A stretch of DNA of 63,870 nucleotides, counting the filler, from Octopus bimaculoides (Eukaryota), in NCBI RefSeq assembly GCF_001194135.2. It is 5 parts of 5 records of this genome, joined end to end, with 100 filler letters (N's around TTAATTAATTAA, not from the genome) between each part and the next. Parts side by side here need not be neighbours in the genome. Positions count along the whole stretch, not along the records: positions 30,680 to 47,298 come from NC_069001.1; positions 47,399 to 49,783 come from NC_068981.1; 3 more parts are not named here. The stretch is one strand, 5' to 3'. The position numbers were made by a program, and so were the translations under genes. The notes under the pieces are model-generated. The model was not told where the DNA came from. It searched no databases and was given only the letters and a program-made list of their open reading frames with translations. The stretch's first letter is position 1. The number at the start of each line of letters is the position of its first letter. This document shows positions 38,754 to 49,753 of this stretch, piece by piece.

Positions 38754-39754
38754 AAGGAGTAGAGGAGTGGTTATATATATAGACGTAGGGAGAGAGGGAT
38801 ATGTATATATAAGCAGTGGGGGGGATAAAATTTGAAGGAGAGAGAAAGGTTTATATAGGGAGGGAGAAAGAGACAGAGAGAGGGGGACCAAGTTTATGAA
38901 TGTAGACAAAGTGAAAAGAAAAAAAAGAGGCGATTTATTTGCTTTCCCCGTCGTTTTGGGGAAAATTTGGTAATATGACGGATGGACGTACAGTTTTCAC
39001 AAACTCTTTCACTTAATAAATAGTTATTTTTTAACATCGAAATATGTTTATTCTGAAGGTAAGACAGCCTTTTATCATTTTAGAATTAATATTTCTCTCT
39101 TTCTCACACACACATACACACACACCTTCTCTGTGGTCATATCCATATTTATGATATAATAATTTTATGATAATATTGAAAAAAAAGAATTAAGTTACTT
39201 AAAATTTTGGTAATTTTTTTTCCCCCCCAATATTTTAATTTTCTCTCTAAACACATATTCGTACATAGGTACACACATACAAACATATTAAACTTTAACA
39301 TCACCAATGATGATAATAATAATGGTTTCTTTTCACCACGGGGGGACATTGCGAGAGCAGTCGATAGTTTGTGTGAGAGGTGAGTTATTTAGAAGATGAG
39401 GGGAAAATAGGCAAATAGTAATTTTGAGGGGAAATGGTTAAATCGATTCTTTTGACCCTCATACTTCCCTAGTACTTTACTTTAACGACACGCCTTAAGG
39501 ATGAAAGAAGCACTTGCCTTTGATGGGATTTGAACTCAGAATGTAAAGAGCAAATGACAACTAGAATAATGATGCTTTATTTATTCGCTGCTAAGGGTTT
39601 GCAGGAAACATTGGGGACGGTACAGGACAATACAACTTGGAATTCCTAACATAAAAGCGGGTACAAATTAAAATAAATGAAACAGATAATTCCTATGAAC
39701 CCCCACGAAACCACGGTCTCACCAGCCAAAGACGAGCCCTCTAGTAAGAATAAT

Positions 39755-40545
39755 AATCCTTTCTGTTATAGGTACAAGGCCTGAAATTAGAGGGAAGGTG
39801 GTTAGTCAATTACATTGATCTTAGTTCTCAAATGGTACCCATTTTGGCGATCTTTCGTCTTTATCGACCCCCCGAAAGGATGAAAAGTAACGGAGACCTC
39901 GATGCAATTTGAGTGTAGAATGTAGACAGACGAAATGCCGCTAAGCACCTTTGTCTACCTGAGGGTTTCCAAGAAGAAGTTGTTTCTAATTTAGTCCCCA
40001 AGGCCAGTCATTTTAAGGGAAAGAGGTTAGTCAATGCTATCAACTCCAGTACTTGACTGTTACTTTATTTTATCAGTCTTGAAAGATAAAGTTAACCGCG
40101 GATCTTTCTGATTTGACGGGCGCCACTTTTCATTTATGTTTTATGTCGTGTTTTTGGTACCGAAACAACCGCGGCTGGATTTGAACTCAGAACGCAAAGA
40201 GCGGGAACAAATATCGTAAAGAATTTTGAGGAGGGGGTAATCGATCACATCCACTGGTACCTTCTTTTATCGATTACTTGACTGGTATTTCATTTAGTAG
40301 ATTACTACTTGATTCGTACTTTATTTGGCGAAAGTAAAGAATACGTACACCCGGTGTTTAGGGTTAGGGTTTTTGTTACGCTGAAAACGGGTGGTGTACG
40401 TATTCTTTACCTCCGCCCTTTATTTTATCGACCCCCGGAGAGACTGAAAATTAAAATTGATCTCAATGGGATTCGAACATAGAACGTAATGAGTTGAAAG
40501 AAATACTTCACAGCAATTAGTCAGACGCTTAGAAGATTCTTCCAA
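39755..40545 (-). mobile_element. Cluster of decayed SINE family D fragments, one interrupted by the 91-bp MITE
   Basis: Repeated ACAAGGCC.G..ATTT..GGG, TTTATCGACCCC..AAAGG and TTTGAACTCAGAACG motifs. Confidence 0.7.
40327..40417. mobile_element. 91-bp MITE with 25-bp TIRs and an 8-bp TSD (Merlin-like termini)
   Basis: GGCGAAAGTAAAGAATACGTACACC / GGTGTACGTATTCTTTACCTCCGCC. CTTTATTT is duplicated at 40319..40326 and 40418..40425. Inserted in a SINE; interior contains TTAGGGTTAGGG. Confidence 0.8.
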
Positions 40546-40806
40546 AATCGGTTCGGTCCATTATTTTGTCACCAGGACCATTGTTGAGGAACTGCGTTTG
40601 CAATAACAACAACAAAATAATAATTAAATAAAATATGGAATGGGGAGAGAAATATGGCGCAGGCGTGGCTGTGATTAAGAAAGAAACTCGCTTTGTAGCC
40701 ACATGTAGCCGAGTTCAATCACACTGCATGGAAACTTTGGACAGGTGTCTTATAACTATAATCTTGTTAGTGTATCTGGGAGATAGAAACCGTGAGGAAG
40801 CCTGTC

Positions 40807-40837
<31 letters not shown>

Positions 40838-41141
40838 CTCTTCCATATCGGCTAACTCTGATGAGCGTAAGATTATATAATCGGATTGTTACCAAACACT
40901 CCATTGTATTCCTTGTGTGAAACCGATTGGTAAGATCAGCCGTCATAAATATGTAATACTATATATTTAGGATGGTATATCTCCGTTTAGTGCTGGCTGT
41001 CGTGAGCCCTATATTTATTCTGTGACAGCAAGCTACAACATGCATAGGTCTGAATTGGACTAATGTTTCACATTAACCGAAACGAGATATTTTACTACAA
41101 TGAATGAAAGACGAAGTCCCAATATTTTCAATAAAATTACC

Positions 41142-41460
41142 GGTACAGGCATAACTGTATGGTAAGTAGCTTGCTTACCGACCACATGGTTCCGGGTTCA
41201 GTCCCACTGCGTGGCACCTTGGGCAAGTGTCTTCTACTATAACCTCGGGCTGACCAAAGCCTTGCGAGTGGATTTGGTAGACGGAAACTTGACAACTGAT
41301 ACTGGTGTGTTTATGTCCCCGTAACTTAGCGAATCGGCTAAAGAGACCGATAGAATAAGTACTATTTTTACAAAGAATAAGTCCTGGAGTCAATTTGTTC
41401 GACTACAGGCGGTGCTCCAGCATGGCCGCAGTCAAAATGACTGAAACAAGTAAAAGAGTA
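41142..41460 (+). mobile_element. SINE family B/C copy lacking the internal microsatellite
   Basis: Head and body are as in 58511..58921, joined directly near 41290. Confidence 0.88.
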
Positions 41461-41939
41461 ATATATAATTTTTCCTTTCATTTTTCTATCAATATACTTT
41501 GGGGAAATAAGTGTCGAAATGATGTCTATTCATTTGAAAGTAAAATTTTTGGATAGAGATGGATGTTTCGTTTCAAAAAGTTTCCGAGATTGAAGTGGGT
41601 TTCTCTTTTATTCTTCGTTTTTGTTGCGTTTTTTTCCTTCTTTCTTTTTCATTCATTCAGTGTTAGTGGGTGGTGTAATGGCGGGGTGATGGTGGCGAGT
41701 GTCGGTTTGTGTGAGAGAAAAATACTTTTAATATATTTATTATGTTTTGCATGTTATATTGGTCGTCGTCTTTTTTTTTTTTTTTTTTTTTTTTTTGAAG
41801 TTGTTTATACAATATATGTGCGCTAGATGTGTATATGTTACGCACATAGACGAATATAGAGAGGAAGTATGAAAACGGGGAAAAAAATTGTTTGGGCCAT
41901 TTCAATAATCACTGGATCCATGCATGAGAAGTGTTGTAT

Positions 41940-41960
41940 GTATCTATCTAACTATATTTG

Positions 41961-41992
<32 letters not shown>

Positions 41993-42021
41993 CCTATTTA
42001 TCTATTTGTTTATCTATCTGT

Positions 42022-42064
<43 letters not shown>

Positions 42065-42122
42065 CCTATTTATCTATTTGTCTATCTATCTGTTTATCTA
42101 TCTATCTATCTATCTATTTATC
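41940..42122. repeat. (TATC)n tetranucleotide microsatellite
   Basis: Directly visible. Confidence 0.97.
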
Positions 42123-43039
42123 TGCGTGCGCGTGTATATGTCTATATCTATGTGTATGCACCTACATACAGTGTAGGTGTGCATCTATCTATATTTTTGC
42201 ATGTATGTGTATATTAAAGTTACCGGCCTTATTTCTTATCTAACTTTAATATATACTGCTTACAGTGTGTTTCTTTCTCCGGTTTATATTTACGGACAAT
42301 CGATCGTTATATATATACATACATACATACAGGCACGCACATACATTGTATTTATATTGTACATATGTGTGTGTATGCTTACATATATATGTCCCATATG
42401 CATACGTACTAAACTTACCTATTTATATTCATATATATGTGTGTATATATACATACACACCCTCGTGTGTGTGTATGTATGACTATATTGGTTAATGTGC
42501 CATTTCTTAACACGTTAAAGAAATCTCCATAGCTTTATGGAATAGTAAAGCACGGGAAGAAAAAAATATATATAAGAGAAAAGTAATAAAGATACTTTCA
42601 AACATTTATATAAAATAAAAATACAGATCGTAAGTTATCAAATAGAAAAACGTGAAAGTATTTTGATAATGCATAAAAGATGTTTACTTCAATTTTGTAA
42701 AAGTATATTTACAATTCGATAGCCTGGTAAGAGTGGAAAATCAGAGTAAATCGAAGTGATTGGTGAATGTGAGAGAGAAGTGAGTCTCTGTTCAATGATA
42801 GGAGAAAGGGAAAAAGGTGATTGCTGTGTGAGTAGGACTTAGAGCTTTCTCTCAGAAAAGAGAGAAGATCTGCAGGGTTTGAGCAAAGATAGTGTTCCAG
42901 ATGAAATATTACAGCAATATTTTATTTACGAACATATCTAAAAACTGAATTGGCCTCTTAGATTAATTCAGAAGTTTCATAGAGTTTGGATTACTTTATA
43001 CAGAGATCTACTTAGCTTATGATAATTGCAAATCGTATA

Positions 43040-43078
<39 letters not shown>

Positions 43079-43617
43079 ATACTCACACATAATGGACTTC
43101 TACGCAGTTTCTATCCACCAGACTCACTTACAAGGCATTGGTCGGCCTGGGGATACCCAGGTGACGCACATTGGACAGGTACCAGAAACCACACAATGGC
43201 AAAACGGGCTTCTTAATCACATAGCTATGCTCACACCTTTTAAGCCTTTAGCTTGTCTTAGTGTTTCTAACAGAAAATAGATTTCACTCCTATTTCAGTG
43301 TTCAATGATTGCTAGCTAAGTAAACAATTGCAGCCTTGATAAACACGATTGTTCCCAAAATACCATGATTTAACAACCTGCCATGCTGCCCATCCCCGTA
43401 TGTATGCGATGAAATAACATATAAAAACCATTTGGTTAAGAAAAAGAAATAGCTTGACGCTTAATAAGAGTGAATAAAAACTGTCTCTAAAGAAAGAATA
43501 TATATATAATTGAGAAATTGTACAAAATGTATAAATGGATGATGAGTAAAGCACCGGCACAGTTGAGGTAACAGTTTTAATAAAATAGGAGATGGAATGT
43601 GTAATAGACTTTATTGG

Positions 43618-43657
43618 GTACAACACGTTTCGACCCTTTCTGGGTCTCTGCAGGTAC
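43618..43657 (-). ncRNA. Slightly decayed minimal type I hammerhead motif
   Basis: Minus strand: GTAC CTGCAGA GACCC-AGAAA-GGGTC GAA AC-GT-GT T|GTAC, followed immediately by CCAATAAA. A6 is mutated to C and the site is GUU. Confidence 0.55.
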
Positions 43658-44612
43658 ATCAGTAAAAAATCTCACTAGAGATTTCCTGAGTCGGCTTAGG
43701 GTACCGCTAAATGCCCACCAAATTCTTTGTTTTTATGTTCTTTTTTTGTTTCTGACTTTTATATATATTTTTTTCTCTTGCTTGAGAATCTTAAAATTCC
43801 AACAGTCATTGCAAAGAAACAAGGAAGGCGCTGTCGAAGTGGGGGAAGTATCCTCCTCTTGTGGATGATTAGGGGCCGGAAATTGGTGGATGGAACTACG
43901 TGGTGCACTGTCCTGTCAGTGGAAAACAATAATCAGGCAAAGGGGATACTTGCCTTTGGCGGCGAGGGTGACATCAGATCTGTGGGGGTTCCCCAACTGG
44001 CCCTTATCGAAGGTTGTACTGTATCAGGAGAGTAGTGAGGTGTATGTAAAATAAGGTACCAGTTAAATACTGAGGGTTGGGTGTTGCAGAAATCTAACAT
44101 GGGTTTTTCTATCCCCACCAAATTGTTTGCAGGTTTCTAGCAACATTAGACAGTGTTTAACATGAATCTGACAGCTTTATTTATTTATAAATCTTTTTAT
44201 TTATTCCTTTTGAAAATTTTTTCGTTGTTGTTATTATTATTATGATTATTATTATTATTATTATTATTATTATTNNNNNNNNNNTATATATATATATATA
44301 TACTTATGTATATATATATATATACTTATGTATATGTGTATATAGATGAATAAATATTTATGTGTGTGTTTGTATGTATGTACAGAAGCCTACCTTCATT
44401 TATTTATTTATTTTTTAATTATCATTATTACATTAATTGAAAAGGAAAATATTCAATAAACAAATATTTCCATTTTCTTTCATTTTCATGTAGCCCATCA
44501 TTTATACCAATGTATTTAGTTGCTTAAAAATTCCAAAATCAGAAAAAAATAGACACGTGTATATTTGTCAATAGAGTAGGTTACTAATCCTAAGATGCAC
44601 ATTATTATAGAA

Positions 44613-45110
44613 CCATTTCAGCCAATCTTACCAATCAGTTTCACACAGGAAATTTGGTAATTTGGTGATTACATACATAATGTCACACTCATCAGAGTAG
44701 CTAGCATGGAAAAACTGGTGACAGCTCTCTGCTAATGGACGTCGGCAAATGTCACTTCTGGTTTGTGGATCCTGTGAAAAAAAGACAGAATGAACCTGTG
44801 GGAGACAATCAGAGGAAGACTCTATCAAGAGTTATGTTCCTTGTCTTAAAAAAGAAAAAGTGGTAACTTCCAGCAAAGTGAGGTTTGGGTGTGGGCAGTG
44901 AGGTGTTGATGTGTGCAGGAGGTTATCAGAAGGAGATGAAGGGGCAGCACCCAAGCGTTAAATGCATGTGTACGTATGGCTGGGTGTGGTCAGTACTATG
45001 CTGGACTCTGGGGTTGTTATAGCGAAAAGACTGATGGCTCTGACAAGCACAGCGTTAAGTAGTCACCTAATTTCCTGTGTGAAACCAACTGGGAAAATCT
45101 GTTGAAATGG
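44613..45110. mobile_element. ~500-bp non-autonomous DNA transposon with ~50-bp imperfect TIRs
   Basis: CCATTTCAGCCAATCTTACCAATCAGTTTCACACAGGAAATTTGGT versus the reverse complement of the right end, CCATTTCAACAGATTTTCCCAGTTGGTTTCACACAGGAAATTAGGT. No clear TSD. Confidence 0.7.
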
Positions 45111-45196
45111 ACCAACATTAAGATTACTATACCCACTTTATTGACAAATGCACAAGTGCCTGTTATTTCTGACTTATAGATACTTAGATGACTATA

Positions 45197-45256
<60 letters not shown>

Positions 45257-45590
45257 GTGTGTGTGTTTGTTTTTTTAATTCTTATTGGTTTGAAATCTGA
45301 CCAAACGTTGTCTTAGATGTGGTTACCTGACTATTTCTTCCTTCAGAAACAGTAATGCTGCCTCCTGGAGTCCTAAGTCCAATGCTACTTTCAGGTACAG
45401 AATTTCATACAATCTATGTTCTCCAAGCATCTGTATGTGTCTGCATATGTGTGTGTGTTTGTGCGAGTATGTTTGCGTGAATATGTATGTGTGCGTTGTG
45501 AGTGTTGGTTGAAAACAAAAACAACAAAAAACACTCGCACGACTGGTGTTGTTTTTTTTAGCAATGTCTCAGTGTAGCACTAATGGCTAG

Positions 45591-45619
<29 letters not shown>

Positions 45620-45633
<14 letters not shown>

Positions 45634-45875
45634 TCATGTGACCAACCAGTATATCAGAAGTTGTTACACATCCCTGGTCATAATGCGCTTTGCATTGTTG
45701 TAGCTTTTTGAACAATGCCACCCTACTCCACTGGCCAGGTGAAGAGGCCAGCATTCCCTGCTGATCGAAAGGGGGCTACTGGAGCAATGTGAAATGTATT
45801 TTGCTCAAGAACACAAGATGCTGCCTGGTCTGGGAATCGAGCTCACATTGTAGCAATCATGAGCGCAACATCCTA
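45620..45875 (-). mobile_element. Further tRNA-derived SINE remnant (related fragment at 15470..15600)
   Basis: CTGGAGCAATGTGAAATGTATTTTGCTCAAGAACACAA...CTGGGAATCGAGCTCAC, i.e. the reverse complement of a B box plus CORE-like block. Confidence 0.6.
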
Positions 45876-45916
45876 ACTGCCATCCATCTGTCTATCTATC
45901 TATCAATCTATCTATC

Positions 45917-45990
<74 letters not shown>

Positions 45991-46263
45991 CAATTGCAGC
46001 GTGGAAGGTGTTTATAAGCCATTTAAAAACACACAAAAAGACTGTTAGATTCACTTCAACATTTAAATTTAATTTGTGTCAAAATATTTTCAGTGCTTTG
46101 AGACTGCGACCTGTTTACTGTAGCATAAAGTTTTGTCAGTGAACAGGTCGCGGTTTCAAAGCGACAAATATTTTGACACAGATTAAATTTAAATGTTGAA
46201 GTGAATCTAACTGTATTTTTGCGTGTTTTAAATGGCTTATAAACACCTTCCATGCTGCAATTG
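45991..46263. repeat. 273-bp near-perfect palindrome (about 128-bp arms, 16-nt loop) between (TA)n tracts
   Basis: CAATTGCAGCGTGGAAGGTGTTTATAAGCCATTTAAAA... pairs with ...TTTTAAATGGCTTATAAACACCTTCCATGCTGCAATTG; scattered mismatches. Confidence 0.95.
46134..46178 (+). ncRNA. Candidate hammerhead-like motif with G3-C8 covariation (reconstructed from two palindrome arms)
   Basis: TGTCA GTGAACA G GTCGC-loop-GCGAC [GA]AAATATTT TGACA. The bracketed GA is missing in this arm but present in the inverted arm (reverse complement GAAAATATTTTGACA). Confidence 0.35.
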
Positions 46264-48827
46264 TCTTTGTTTCAGCACACGATCTCAGATCAAGTCACTT
46301 GCTATGCAAGTACATCTCAGTAATATATATATATATATATATATACATACACAGAGATACAGAGGGAGAGGAAGAGAGATAAACATTTAGACAGATAGAT
46401 AATGAAATGAGCCAAGAAAATTTTAATTAAGATTTATACCCATCTTGATGAGATGCAAACAAAAATCATCATTACTTTATTGGCTAATTTAAATAAGCAA
46501 AAATTAAACGTAGAACGTAGTGGGACCAGTGTTCCATCCAGCAGGGACTAGATACACTGCAAAAGCCAGAAAACCAGCCCAATGAGTTTTATGATTCGAG
46601 AAGGTGCTACACCTTTTTTTCATCCATCGAAGGGGATCGACTCTGTAACCTTTTGTAGTTGGAAAACAAATTTCGTAAATGTTTGGCCATATTGCACCAG
46701 CTGATATATTTTAATAGCAGGAGGCTTATGTATGGCCACTTAGACTGCTTGAAATAATAGCCAAATCTCACTGCCTTGGATTACATCCTTTCTCTCTATA
46801 AATAAGGAAGGAATGGACATATTTCACCAGTTAGGGTCTTTGGTGGCTATGAAGAAGACAGAACGGGGAGTGGGGTGTAAATGAAATCCCTTTGATTGGA
46901 GATTCTCTCTGTCAGGGCCAAGACACACACAACAACAACAACAACAACAAAGTAAATCTACATGTGTGACCACCCCCACTCCTTAGACTTTATTTCTTCA
47001 TAACTTCCAGAAATAGGGATGTAGTTGTAATCTGCACTGTCTGGAAAGTATTTGTAGAAAATTTCATTGGAAAATATCCATTTTTCTGTAAGTAATGAGG
47101 AAACAAAGTCGGAGGCAGGATGCCCACGTCTGCAGCTGTGTGTAACAATGATAGGATAAACCAGTCGAGAAACTAGATTAGCCATTGCTTCTATTTTCAC
47201 TGCCAACACTGTTCACGTCACCATAAATACACTTGTAGCTTCAATTTTTTATTCTATTCACTTATTCTCATTTTCTTGATTTTTTTTTTTTTTTTTTTNN
47301 NNNNNNNNNNNNNNNNNNNNNNNNNNNNNNNNNNNNNNNNNNTTAATTAATTAANNNNNNNNNNNNNNNNNNNNNNNNNNNNNNNNNNNNNNNNNNNNAT
47401 ATATATATATTTATATGTGTATATATACGTGTGTGCGTATGTTTGTTTCTGTGTTTGTCCACTCTTTATTGCCTGACACACCATTTGTTGTGCTTACATC
47501 TCCGTAACTTAGCAGTTCAGAAAAAGAAACCAAAAGCATAAGTACTAGGCTTACAAAGAGTAAGCCCTACTGCCTATTTGTTCGACTAAAGGCGGTGCTC
47601 CAGTTTGGCCACAGTCAAATGACTGAAACAAGTAAATGGAAAAGTATAGAATTTATTCAAGAATAAATATAAAACAATTTTCAAACTTTAGTTATACCTC
47701 TTTTGATATAGTATCCAACAATTGTCTTAACATTGTTATACGGTAGTACATATCAAAATAATTATTTACTAAATTTTGAGAATAATTATTACGAGATATA
47801 CGGATTAGAATTTAGGGTGTTTCTGACTAATTCTCTCGACCTTATCTTTATATCTACCACATTCTAATCGAATCGTTTTTCTTGTAAAAAGAGTACTGAA
47901 TCTATATTTTTCAAGACCAAAATAATTAAAACATTGTAATAAATCTAACCACAGTGGCGTGTATATTTGGAATGTCGAATTTGATATTTAGGTTTATTAT
48001 ACGTAATAAATATTAGTAAACTAGTTTATTTTTACCATATCGTGAGATAACTACGTTGCTCAAACATTTATTGTTCCCGCACTGGCTTATAGGTAATTTT
48101 TTACATTGTTCCTCAGTTAAACATTTCGCCACTCTTCATTCTTCTCACAAACACTTCACGCCAAGCAATATAGTTATTCATGGCAAGGAGCATATTTATT
48201 TTATTTATGCAGGCACGTTAAATATGAATTCTTCATCAGCGGTGATGAGTAGGTAATTCACATATCCAAGACACGAAAATGCGCACAATTAAACACGAAT
48301 ATAGATAAATTAGAATACTAGATGTGACATGAATGACCAGAAGCAAAATAAGAATATTTCTCTCTACCAAATTTGATAATACTGGCAAAACTGCGTCTCA
48401 CAATGTCGTCCACATTCTTTGGCAGAATATACTCTAGGTGTCATCAGATAGTCGTTCAGAATTCAATGGAATACATATCCAACTTCTTCAAATATGAATA
48501 CATACAAGTCAGATCATTACAATTTTCTTAAATATTGAACCATAAACAACTTTTTAGCATTCAAGTAAAGTGCGATATAACTTCCCAAAACTTCATGCAT
48601 TGTCTCTGATTTGTATGAAACTCAGTAACTAAGATAGTTATTTAAGCGAACACAAATGTAAAAGCATTGCAAATCAAAGGCAGTGTAATAAATAAGAATA
48701 CCAACATATTGTCAGCAATTATTGAGTTTATGTATATATTCTTGTATATTCTTTGAAGTAGAGTACACATATATGTGTAGGAATTAAAGGAACTTTTTTA
48801 TTTATATGCATTTTGCTCAATTTATTG

Positions 48828-48866
<39 letters not shown>

Positions 48867-49141
48867 CATATACATATATGCATATATCCATACATACATA
48901 TGTATATACATATATATATATGTGCGTGTGTGCAGGGGGGGGGGTATACATGCAGGCACGCGGAAACACGCACGCACACACACATTCTTATATCTCTATC
49001 TCACCGTATATATGTATGTATCTAGATATAATTATGCTATTTATACCTATGTATGAATATACAAATATAATATAATATGATAGGCTATAGAAAATCGCTG
49101 AGCGAGATGTAAAATGTAGTAACATAGAATCGTAACAAAAA

Positions 49142-49753
49142 ATTGCCAGCTAAGTGGGGCTTCCTATAGGAACAGTGCTACTGAAGTTTATAGCCCTAAG
49201 AAGACATCTCTTCCAGAACGCTAAAAACACACATTCTGTGTCCGATTAGTAAACTCGAATATGTGTGTATCACGTGAGGCTTGAGATAGGAGCGATGACT
49301 TCTTCTTGTAAATACTAATCGGAAATGGAATGTGTGTCATTAGCCAACATGAATAGATGTCTTCCTGAGGCTATAAAATTCAGTAGCATTTTCCTGTATA
49401 GGACGCCATACTTGGTTGACAATAGTATGTCACGATTACTTATTGCTATTGTTTACATCTCACTCAGAGATTTTATATAGCTGGAAGAAGCATATAGTAT
49501 TTTGCGAGTGGGGTGAGTTTTCGTCACTAGCTGATGATTAACACATGCCGAGGACGGGTTACGACCCAGAAACTCGAGTCCGTGTGTATCACGTAAGGCT
49601 AGGGACGGGAGCGATGTACTCCCCTCGCGAATACTAATCGGACATAAAATGTTTGTCATTACCCAGCTGGAAGAGATGTCTTTATGGGGCCACACATTTC
49701 AGTAGCACTGTCCTGTAAAGGACACCACACTTGGTTAATAATTATATGTTACG
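49142..49753 (+). mobile_element. Penelope-pLTR/retrozyme-like remnant: inverted tail plus two tandem ~320-nt units
   Basis: 49142..49251 is the inverted counterpart of 49313..49423. 49251..49430 is repeated at 49570..49753 (319-nt period). A hammerhead motif lies at the start of the second unit and (TA)n follows. Confidence 0.65.
49541..49587 (+). ncRNA. Minimal type I hammerhead ribozyme motif (U4C core, palindromic stem III, GUC site)
   Basis: Stem I ACACATG/CGTGTGT; core CCGAGGA; stem II (C)GGGT-TACG-ACCC(A); GAA; stem III ACTCGAGT (perfect palindrome); cleavage triplet GTC ending at 49580. The stem II closing pair is a C-A mismatch. Confidence 0.7.

Noticed and set aside
43727-44121. 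ORFs upstream of the 43.6-kb hammerhead as a Penelope GIY-YIG remnant
   Set aside because: No GIY/YIG or RT motifs are visible in the frames I translated.
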